Below, piece after piece: positions 7,891 through 15,391 of a DNA stretch of 64,000 bases. This DNA comes from a virus. Each line of letters opens with the position of its first letter. The first letter of the stretch is position 1. Position numbers and translations under genes: made by a program. The notes beneath the pieces were generated by a model. The model ran no database searches, was not told the DNA's origin, and worked only from the letters and a program-made list of their open reading frames with translations. The stretch spans positions 7,952-71,951 of IMG/VR virus record IMGVR_UViG_3300025913_000001. One strand, given 5' to 3'.

Positions 7891-8148
7891 TTACTTCCTT
7901 GCAATTAGCTGTGTAAACGATTTCCGGGCTTGTAGGAGCGTTAATATCATGTCGGCGGTGTCATTGTACTTCAAATCTTTACCCATGCTTAAAACGCTTG
8001 TTACAGGCTTTAAATTCAAAGCTAATAAATATTGCCTGTCTGCTTGGGTTAACACAACCCTTTTGCCTTGTGCTTGTATAACCTGTGCCTTTGCACTTGT
8101 GCCTAACATTGTTAATGCAATTGAGGCTAATAGAATGATCTTTTTCAT
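7891..8148 (-). CDS. Small secreted protein
   Basis: Signal peptide MKKIILLASIALTMLGTSAKA|Q. Confidence 0.7.
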   Translation of the reverse strand: MKKIILLASIALTMLGTSAKAQVIQAQGKRVVLTQADRQYLLALNLKPVTSVLSMGKDLKYNDTADMILTLLQARKSFTQLIARK

Positions 8149-8150
8149 TG

Positions 8151-8408
8151 TTAAAGGTTTTTTAAATGGTTAATAGCACTTTGTAATTGGCTTATATAAC
8201 CCTCCAATGTTTCAATATCAATGTCAGTAATTTTGTCGGTTCCATCATAACAAACCGATTCTACTATTAACACGGCAACAGGATGGCTATCTATTGCCCA
8301 TGAAATACCTTCTCCATCTCTAAGAGATTTTACGATATCGGCAATTGTTTGTGTATCAGCACCGCTTGCCAATAGGGTAGACTTTAGAATTTCAATGTTT
8401 GCTTTCAT
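8151..8408 (-). CDS. Hypothetical protein
   Basis: ORF track. Confidence 0.55.
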   Translation of the reverse strand: MKANIEILKSTLLASGADTQTIADIVKSLRDGEGISWAIDSHPVAVLIVESVCYDGTDKITDIDIETLEGYISQLQSAINHLKNL

Positions 8409-8667
8409 GTAAGGCTTTTTTAAGTGATTAAATTCTTACGGCTTTTACGCTGGTGAGGCACCGCTTCTACCTACAAAGGCCAGCTCAATGGCTGACCCTT
8501 TTCTCTTATCTGTTTTAATGCTTTGCAGTGCGTAACTGCGGTGCTTTCTGTACTTCACATAATACTTACCTTTTAATCCGGTACTCTTATTACTGCCTTA
8601 AGCGCAACTCTTGTGAGGTATGCGCTAAGTGCAACCCGTGAACTGTCTCACGGAAACACGGGGTAGT

Positions 8668-9087
8668 TTATCCAGTGATATGAATTTTACCGCCGTTGTA
8701 GTAGTATTCAAAACCGTAACCGTCTTTTGAGTACACATCATACAACGGTATGTAGTAATTGCCTGCATCATAATAGCCTTTCAAGGTGCAACGCTCAAAG
8801 TTTTCCAAGGCTGCTTGCTCCCTGTATCCAAACGGGTTGTTTTGGCGTTCTTTGCCTTGTGGAGTAACCCAAAGGTTTTTAAGCCAGTCAAAGCCTTTTA
8901 ATGATTGTTCTCTCGATAATTCAAATCCCTCAAAGTCATCAGCATGAAATAATGCCTTAACATAATCTTTCAATTCGCCATTAGCAGCGTTAAGTATTTT
9001 AAACAATAGGTTTTGTTGATTTTGGCTCACTAATTTACCTGCTTTCATTGCGGCTAATAGTTCGTTTTGTGCTTTTGTAGTTTTCAT
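8668..9087 (-). CDS. Hypothetical early protein
   Basis: ORF track; 139 aa. Confidence 0.65.
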   Translation of the reverse strand: MKTTKAQNELLAAMKAGKLVSQNQQNLLFKILNAANGELKDYVKALFHADDFEGFELSREQSLKGFDWLKNLWVTPQGKERQNNPFGYREQAALENFERCTLKGYYDAGNYYIPLYDVYSKDGYGFEYYYNGGKIHITG

Positions 9088-9204
9088 GTTGTGAGACTTT
9101 AATGTTAGTGGTTAAATTTCCTTTGTACTGCCAAATGCGTAAACCGTTTTTAGTGGTGTTACGCTGGCAGACTTTGAGCACATTCTCAAAGCGTCAAAGT
9201 GGGG

Positions 9205-9381
9205 TTATCCAAATAGTTGTTTATAGAACTGGTTAGATATTGTATGCCGGCTTATTTGAATAGAAAGGTTTTCTTTTAGAATTGTGGCTATTAAATGAAC
9301 CTCAGATAATTTCAATGGATTTTCAAAAGTTGTACCATTGTGGCGTGTAATCACGCAATGTAGATAGCTTTTAGTTTTCAT
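9205..9381 (-). CDS. Hypothetical protein (first gene of the leftward arm)
   Basis: Likely start MKTKSYLH downstream of the 9424-9455 promoter. Confidence 0.45.
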   Translation of the reverse strand: MKTKSYLHCVITRHNGTTFENPLKLSEVHLIATILKENLSIQISRHTISNQFYKQLFG

Positions 9382-9423
9382 CTTGAGAATGTTTAATAAC
9401 AAACCGTTATTGATTTGCTGATA

Positions 9424-9455
9424 CAATTGTAGAGACTTTATTTTGTATATACAAA
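9424..9455 (-). promoter_or_regulatory. Leftward promoter with extended palindrome TTTGTATATACAAA
   Basis: Minus strand TTTG-20 bp-TACAATTG; palindrome at 9442-9455. Confidence 0.6.
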
Positions 9456-10282
9456 TATATTTTTTATAGCTAAGTTACACTATAACCAAACGGAATAGTA
9501 AACATCATTTAAACTACATAATTACCAATTTAATGGCATCTACTATTCCAAAATTTCATACTAACTTTTATTTATAAACCATACCAGGTGAGCAATAGCG
9601 AACACAAAACGCTATTCCATGCTGCAGCAGGCTTAATTGTAGTGTAGCACAAATAACTATGCATAGCAACAAACAAAGCCTACAAGCGATTATCTACCCA
9701 AAACCTTACAATCTATCAACCAACCAACTAAACTCCCGCACAACCCCTAAAACAAGGCTATAAACGCAAATCATACAAATATCTCTAACAACAAATCAAA
9801 CCATTTAATCTATCACAATACAAAATCCTATCATTTTGGTAATTTAGAGGGTAGGTAATTATCCCCCTCCTTTCCCTCCAATCTTCAACAATAACATCCA
9901 AGCGTTTAGCCAAGCAAATCTATTTCCAAACAAATAAAAAGTGTGAAACATTGCACGTTTAAATAAAGTGCGTTTGAAAGGGCAAGCAATGCCAAAGGGT
10001 TTAATTTTCCAGTTGCAAACTATTTCAACGTTTATCCAACGTGCAAAAATGATCTACCAAATGTAAGCCACCCCGGTTTGTGCTTTTCATTCTCTTTTAG
10101 GTATGGTGGCTGTCAAATATGGGGGGATAATAACACTAATCAGGCTTACAGAAAAAAAATAAAATTTTATACGATTAGCATAATTAAATAACGTCGTAAA
10201 AATGCCCCATAAAATATATAAGGAAAAAATACACTTGAAAATTACGATTGGAAAGAGTTGGCTAAATATATGTCGTTTTATC

Positions 10283-10320
10283 ATGGAAAGACCTTCCACT
10301 TAATATGGAAAGACCTTCCA
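10283..10320. repeat. Two 16-bp direct repeats ATGGAAAGACCTTCCA, 22-bp period, each with TGGAA/TTCCA dyad
   Basis: Exact copies at 10283-10298 and 10305-10320. Confidence 0.85.
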
Positions 10321-10347
10321 TGTTATCTATATTATTTGGTAAATTTA

Positions 10348-10379
10348 TTTGGTAATTTAAAATACATTACATATCTTTG
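10348..10379 (+). promoter_or_regulatory. Bacteroidota-type promoter for the rightward arm
   Basis: TTTG-20 bp-TATCTTTG. Confidence 0.6.
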
Positions 10380-10382
10380 AAT

Positions 10383-10883
10383 ATGGCAAAAGAGATACAG
10401 GAAATAAAAATTAGGTATAAAAAAAAACTTGCGCATAAAGGTGACATAGACGGCAAGCCTTATAAAGAATTTGAATACGACTTTATAAAAGCAAGCCTAA
10501 GTTGTACTAAGCGTTATAATACGGCATTATGCTTACTAATGGGGATAAATGGTTGCCCACATCACCTGATAGATTGGATAAGCGATAATGTCACAAATGG
10601 TGGATATGTAAGCAATAACGATATTACTCGTAAAGCGTTTATAGCGTTCCATAAGCGATATAAAAAGGCTGGTAACAAAGAGTATAGCGAACATGCGGTT
10701 ATTAAGGCTTTTAAGCAATTATCTGATGAAGGCTTTCTAATACCTTTGACAAAAGGAACATACCAAATAAATCCCTTAATGTACTTCTCCAATAGTGAAA
10801 GTGAAAGGATTAAATCGATTAAGTATATGATGGAGTTTAAGTCTGGTATTGAAACGAAAATGACCGTGGAGGTAAGTAAATGA
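10383..10883 (+). CDS. RepL-like winged-helix replication/maintenance protein
   Basis: VIKAFKQLSDEGFLIPLTKGTYQINPLMYF wHTH wing with YxINP motif. Confidence 0.65.
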   Translation: MAKEIQEIKIRYKKKLAHKGDIDGKPYKEFEYDFIKASLSCTKRYNTALCLLMGINGCPHHLIDWISDNVTNGGYVSNNDITRKAFIAFHKRYKKAGNKEYSEHAVIKAFKQLSDEGFLIPLTKGTYQINPLMYFSNSESERIKSIKYMMEFKSGIETKMTVEVSK

Positions 10884-11296
10884 AAAAAGTTATTGTTAGG
10901 GTTTATACCGATGGTTTTGTTTACTGCCTACATGATGCTAAAAATTCAATTTGCAGAATAGGAAAAACAGACAAAAAAGCAAACAGAAGAATTGAGGGAC
11001 AAATAGGTTACTATCCATTCGAATTAATACCTACTAAAATTGCTGTTAAAAATATTACCGAATGTGAGCGTTATTTACATGCTAAGTTTAAATCATTAAA
11101 GCTAAAGTCAGATTGGTATTATATAGAGCCAACTCAATTCGAATTGGCTGTTAAAGAGTATAAAAAAGCAAATCGGGGTCAAATCCATTATAAATTAGAT
11201 GAGGAATTTGAATATAATCTTAAACAAGGAACCATGTTCAATAAAACCAAAAGAATTATAGTTTTTAAAAGCGATAATAAACAATCAAATAATTGA
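10880..11296 (+). CDS. GIY-YIG / T5orf172-like protein
   Basis: GFVYCL...CRIGKT...ERYLHAKFK...SDWY. Confidence 0.7.
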   Translation: MKKVIVRVYTDGFVYCLHDAKNSICRIGKTDKKANRRIEGQIGYYPFELIPTKIAVKNITECERYLHAKFKSLKLKSDWYYIEPTQFELAVKEYKKANRGQIHYKLDEEFEYNLKQGTMFNKTKRIIVFKSDNKQSNN

Positions 11297-11315
11297 TTTA
11301 AAAAGCAAAAACAAA

Positions 11316-11657
11316 ATGGCTGAAAAATATGCGGTATTATACCCAAAAATACTTGATTGTAAAGTAGGAATATTTCTTGCTTGTAATCCAAATATTTCCG
11401 TTGTTATAAAAGATAAAGTAGTTTCAAACTGGGTAAAAAAATGTGTTTACATAAAGATTGGTAAAACATTGGTATAGTCTTTTCAATCGTATGCTCATGT
11501 TGATACACAAAAAGAGATGAATAAAACAGACGACGAGATTATAAAAGACTTTAAGAATCAAATTGTGGATGACTGTTTTAATTTAGTCAACTTCGATAGA
11601 AAACCAATTGAAAATAGGGTATATACAATAAGAAAACTTTTAAAAACAAATAAATAA
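11316..11657 (+). pseudogene. 113-codon frame interrupted by one in-frame TAG (or two short genes)
   Basis: ATG 11316, TAG 11475-11477, same frame continues to TAA 11655-11657, which overlaps the next ATG. Confidence 0.35.
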
Positions 11658-12187
11658 TGACAAACACAAAAACAATCAGCAAGGCGGTCTTGCACAAGAG
11701 TGTAGGGATGAAGATTACCTACGGCGAAACAATTCCTATGGGTGACGATGAGGAAAACGATTTAGACCTCGTTGAGAAGGCGTATACGGTACACGTGAAG
11801 GCTGTGCCATCCAAGAGCCTTGATGTGTCACTGCGCAGGCTTATTCCTCACTATACGCACATATTAGGCTTGACACCAGATAAGGTAACGGTTAACGGCG
11901 TTTACTTTGATAAGTACAAGACTGCGATTGACACGATGATGTATCGGTTTAAGGTGAATGGTGCGCAGGTGTTTGAGAATAACGACGAGCGGTCAGTAGT
12001 GCTAATTGGTGCTATTGTTACACCACATGGCGATGTTGAACTGAATACGCCGAAGATTAATTTGGATAATGGTAAGTACGAGTTTGGCGGTGAGTTGAAG
12101 GTGGCTTTGGATAACTTCTTTAACGAGGTTTTGGCTTTCGACAAGGGTAAGATTACGACTAAGGCGCAATTAGAAATGAGTTTATGA
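11657..12187 (+). CDS. Hypothetical protein
   Basis: 176-aa ORF coupled to neighbours. Confidence 0.7.
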   Translation: MTNTKTISKAVLHKSVGMKITYGETIPMGDDEENDLDLVEKAYTVHVKAVPSKSLDVSLRRLIPHYTHILGLTPDKVTVNGVYFDKYKTAIDTMMYRFKVNGAQVFENNDERSVVLIGAIVTPHGDVELNTPKINLDNGKYEFGGELKVALDNFFNEVLAFDKGKITTKAQLEMSL

Positions 12188-12381
12188 AGTGTCACGAATG
12201 CGGATGTAGCGACGGGATGCTACACAGAACAGGTGAAATAGGTAGTGTCCATGCAAACTGGACTTGCTTGCCGTGTATCGAACTTACAGAGCCTGAATTA
12301 GCTGATAACATCAAGGATGATTATTTGGCTAACCCGATAATGAAGGACTTAGAAGCTATTTGTACTAATGCACAAGATTGA
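12184..12381 (+). CDS. Small zinc-finger protein
   Basis: CHEC...CLPC. Confidence 0.6.
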   Translation: MKCHECGCSDGMLHRTGEIGSVHANWTCLPCIELTEPELADNIKDDYLANPIMKDLEAICTNAQD

Positions 12382-12799
12382 ATCGGTAGCCTTCGTAAAA
12401 ACCGACAAAGGGAATCCAAGACTGTCCATGATTAACCGTGGGCAGTTTATGGGTGACCTTGCGGATAGTTACCCGCACATGACTAAAGTGTTGGTTACTA
12501 TTGAACGGTTTAGGGACAAGCGATCGTTGGAGGCGAATAGTTTGCTGCATGTTTGGATAGGGTTGATAGCGAAAGAAGTTGGTCATGATACTGATACGTG
12601 TAAGGAATGGCTTAAAGGCAAGTTTTTAAGGGCTACAGTGGAAGATATTAATGGCAACCCACTCATAGACCGTGAAACAGGCGAAGTGGTCACCAAAGTA
12701 TTAAAAACAAGCGAACTGGACACTAAGGAGTTTGACACGTTTATGGAGAAAATACGAATCTGGGCATTGGAGTTTTTAAATTTAGATTTGACGATATGA
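12368..12799 (+). CDS. NinB/YbcN-like recombination accessory protein
   Basis: KRSLEANSLLHVWIGLIAKE...KTSELDTKEFDTFMEKI. Confidence 0.7.
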   Translation: MHKIESVAFVKTDKGNPRLSMINRGQFMGDLADSYPHMTKVLVTIERFRDKRSLEANSLLHVWIGLIAKEVGHDTDTCKEWLKGKFLRATVEDINGNPLIDRETGEVVTKVLKTSELDTKEFDTFMEKIRIWALEFLNLDLTI

Positions 12800-13191
12800 G
12801 CAAAAGTTACAACTTTATTGTGCCATTAGTCATTTACGATTTCGACATTATGTTTAGCGTTGGTGAAAGTAACTACCAAATATATAAAGCGGTAGAACAA
12901 CGGTTAAAGGATGAGGACTTTAAAATATTTCAGGATGATGAAATGCTTTTTAAGATGCCCGAAACCACTAATGGCCGAACCGTTCATAATTTAATTGGTG
13001 GTCAAACTATCATAAGGCTTCGTAGTAAACCAAAAAATCCCCAAGGATATTCTGTATTGGCTCACGAGATATTTCACGCTGTAGACTTTATAATGAGGCA
13101 TATCGGCATAACTCTTAGCCCTGATAGTGATGAGGCTTATGCTTATTTGATTGGCTATGTTACAAGGGAATTTTTTAAGGCTGTTTCTTAA
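12796..13191 (+). CDS. Zincin-like HEXXH protein
   Basis: LAHEIFHAV...DEAYAYL. Confidence 0.7.
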   Translation: MSKSYNFIVPLVIYDFDIMFSVGESNYQIYKAVEQRLKDEDFKIFQDDEMLFKMPETTNGRTVHNLIGGQTIIRLRSKPKNPQGYSVLAHEIFHAVDFIMRHIGITLSPDSDEAYAYLIGYVTREFFKAVS

Positions 13192-13211
13192 AATAATTTT
13201 CTACCTTTGAC

Positions 13212-13292
13212 CTATCAAAAGCGTTGAGCGTTCGCTCCGCAATGTTTGGTAAAATTTCCTTAGCCTCGGGGTGGTTCCTGGGGCTTGTTTGT
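13212..13292 (+). ncRNA. Candidate ~80-nt small RNA
   Basis: TACCTTTG at 13202-13209, then a hairpin, then terminator AGCCTCGGG/CCTGGGGCT-TGTTT; no ORF. Confidence 0.4.
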
Positions 13293-13358
13293 TTAAGAAG
13301 TTTTGTATATTTGATGCATGGGTAATTCAGCCCTATAAACAATTAAAAAAGTAAGAAA

Positions 13359-13595
13359 ATGAATTCATTAAGAGCAAAATTCAAAGTTGGTTCGGTAACA
13401 GACTTTGCAAACAACAATTTCGAGATAAAAATGACAGTAGTAGTAAACGACTGTCCTGAGAACAAAGAGTGGTCAATGTATACGCCATCGGGTGATGCAA
13501 GGTTACACATTACCAATCCCGCCGCCGCTGGTTTCTTTAAGCCGGGTAAAAACTACATAGCAACGTTTGTAGAATGTGACGATACACAGCATTAA
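13359..13595 (+). CDS. Conserved small phage protein
   Basis: RAKFKV...ENKEWSMYTPSG...HITNP...FKPGKNY; upstream TATATTTG. Confidence 0.75.
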   Translation: MNSLRAKFKVGSVTDFANNNFEIKMTVVVNDCPENKEWSMYTPSGDARLHITNPAAAGFFKPGKNYIATFVECDDTQH

Positions 13596-13637
13596 AGACG
13601 TTATTTGCCATTGCATTGCAGGACGCACTTAACTCCA

Positions 13638-13668
13638 GAAGCCCTTTCGTAAATGTTAGGGCTTTTTT
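13638..13668 (+). terminator. Intrinsic terminator
   Basis: AAGCCCT...AGGGCTT followed by a T run. Confidence 0.7.
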
Positions 13669-13739
13669 GTTGGAAAATTTATTTTCAGAAAGTGCTTGAC
13701 ATTACGATAATTAAAAGTACTTTTACATCAACATACATG

Positions 13740-13830
13740 GCAGTATATTTGAGGTAGAGTTCAGATATTTTGCTTTTAAGCAACAAAAAATTGCCCGGAA
13801 CTAGCTCTACATCTTTTCGGGCTTTTTTAT
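13740..13830 (+). promoter_or_regulatory. Two-hairpin leader/attenuator with loop-loop complementarity
   Basis: Loop GTAGAG (13754-13759) complementary to CTCTAC (13805-13810) in the loop of a terminator-like hairpin. Confidence 0.5.
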
Positions 13831-13833
13831 TTC

Positions 13834-14121
13834 ATGGAAAATTTAAATTTAAAGTGTCCAAAGTGCGGTGTCGAAAACGATTATGTTATTACAGAACGAG
13901 GCATCCACAAAACAGCTTACTGCAACCCATGCGGAAGCTACATCAAAAACCTTCCACAAGGTAAACCATTCATTTTCATGTTCGGAAAGTTCAAGGGAAC
14001 TCCGCTTGATGATATGAAATCCACAGATCAAATTAATTATCTACACTGGATATTATCATCAGATATGAATAACACTATTAAAACCAAAGTAGTTGAACAC
14101 CTTAAAACTTTGGAAGCATGA
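13834..14121 (+). CDS. Zn-ribbon protein with DUF3820-like FGKFKG motif
   Basis: CPKC...CNPC, FMFGKFKGTPL...YLHWIL. Confidence 0.7.
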   Translation: MENLNLKCPKCGVENDYVITERGIHKTAYCNPCGSYIKNLPQGKPFIFMFGKFKGTPLDDMKSTDQINYLHWILSSDMNNTIKTKVVEHLKTLEA

Positions 14122-14651
14122 CATTAATTACTCCCCAATTAAAAGCTATTGATACAAAATTTGATGGCAATTTATACCGTAGCCGCCTTGAAGCAAGGTG
14201 GGCTGTATTTATGAAGAGATTACGTATAAATTTCATGTATGAGCATGAAGGATATGATTTAGGTGATGGTGTTTGGTATTTACCTGACTTTTGGCTACCT
14301 ACATTTAATGGCGGTTGCTTTGTTGAGGTAAAGCCTATTGCGTTTACTGAAATTGAAATAGAGAAAGTTAAACGACTTGTTGCAGCAAGTAATATGCCTT
14401 GTATACTTGCTGTTGGACTTCCTGATTTCAAATGTCAAGAGATTGTTTTTTACGATGTATGCAACGGCATAGAAAACTTTGATATATCTTATGGACTAAT
14501 GAATGCAGATAGCGCATTTTATGAGGACAGAATGTATATGTGTCCACCCTATGCCAATAGGGACTTAACTATAAATGAAGGTTACTGGCAATCGCATCTT
14601 GGATTAGAGTATATATGGGCTGTTAGTGATGCAAAGGAGGCGAGGTTTTAA
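14118..14651 (+). CDS. PD-(D/E)XK nuclease
   Basis: YRSRLEARWAVF...YEHEGY...YLPDFWL...FVEVKP. Confidence 0.8.
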   Translation: MTLITPQLKAIDTKFDGNLYRSRLEARWAVFMKRLRINFMYEHEGYDLGDGVWYLPDFWLPTFNGGCFVEVKPIAFTEIEIEKVKRLVAASNMPCILAVGLPDFKCQEIVFYDVCNGIENFDISYGLMNADSAFYEDRMYMCPPYANRDLTINEGYWQSHLGLEYIWAVSDAKEARF

Positions 14652-14653
14652 TC

Positions 14654-15391
14654 ATGGCAAAACAACCATATATCCCGCTGTATATCGGCGATTGGGAACA
14701 AGATACTAACTGTTTATCCCCTCTTGCAGAATTTGCTTTATTAAAATTGACATTTAAGCTATTTAAGTCTGAAAAACGTGGTGTTTTTATTGCAAATATT
14801 CGCACACTTTCTGTTCTTTTTAAGTCAAGTTTAGTAGAAACTAAGACAATTTTTCAGGAATTAATTGATAATAATATACTTAATGTTTCACTTATTGAGG
14901 AAGATAAATTTGAGATAATATCCCGTAGAATGATACGTGAGGCTACTATTTCAGAAATACGTTCAGAAAGTGGGGGATTAGGTGGTAGAGGAAATAAAGC
15001 AAATAAAAAGCAAAACAAAAGCAAACAAAAAGCAAAAGCGGAGCAAAGCGCTGATATTGATAATGATATTATAGAGATAGTTAAACTATTAAATGAGTGC
15101 TCTGGAAGAAATTTTAAATCAGAAACTCAAAGCACATCTTCAATTATAAAAAGCCGTAAGAAAGATGGATTTATCAAAGAAGATTTTGAAAGAGTTATTA
15201 GGTTTAAATGCTCTAAGTGGAAAGATGATCCAAAGATGAGTGAATATCTTAGACCTGAAACATTATTCGGTAATAAGTTTGAAGGATACTTACAGTCCTG
15301 TCCAAAGATTAATGTAGTTACACAAGGTAAAACTATGACTGATGAAGAGTATGAAGAATATGTTAGGCCAACTAAACCACGAGAACTATAA
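14654..15391 (+). CDS. Phage replication initiator (DUF1376/YdaU-like N-terminus, Phg_2220_C-like C-terminus)
   Basis: PYIPLYIGDWEQDT N-terminus; WKDDPKMSEYLRPETLFGNKFEGYL C-terminus; upstream of helicase. Confidence 0.8.
   Translation: MAKQPYIPLYIGDWEQDTNCLSPLAEFALLKLTFKLFKSEKRGVFIANIRTLSVLFKSSLVETKTIFQELIDNNILNVSLIEEDKFEIISRRMIREATISEIRSESGGLGGRGNKANKKQNKSKQKAKAEQSADIDNDIIEIVKLLNECSGRNFKSETQSTSSIIKSRKKDGFIKEDFERVIRFKCSKWKDDPKMSEYLRPETLFGNKFEGYLQSCPKINVVTQGKTMTDEEYEEYVRPTKPREL
14996..15036. repeat. Putative origin iterons inside the initiator gene
   Basis: AAAGCAAA at 14996, 15007, 15018 and 15029 (11-bp period), followed by an AT-rich tract. Confidence 0.55.
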
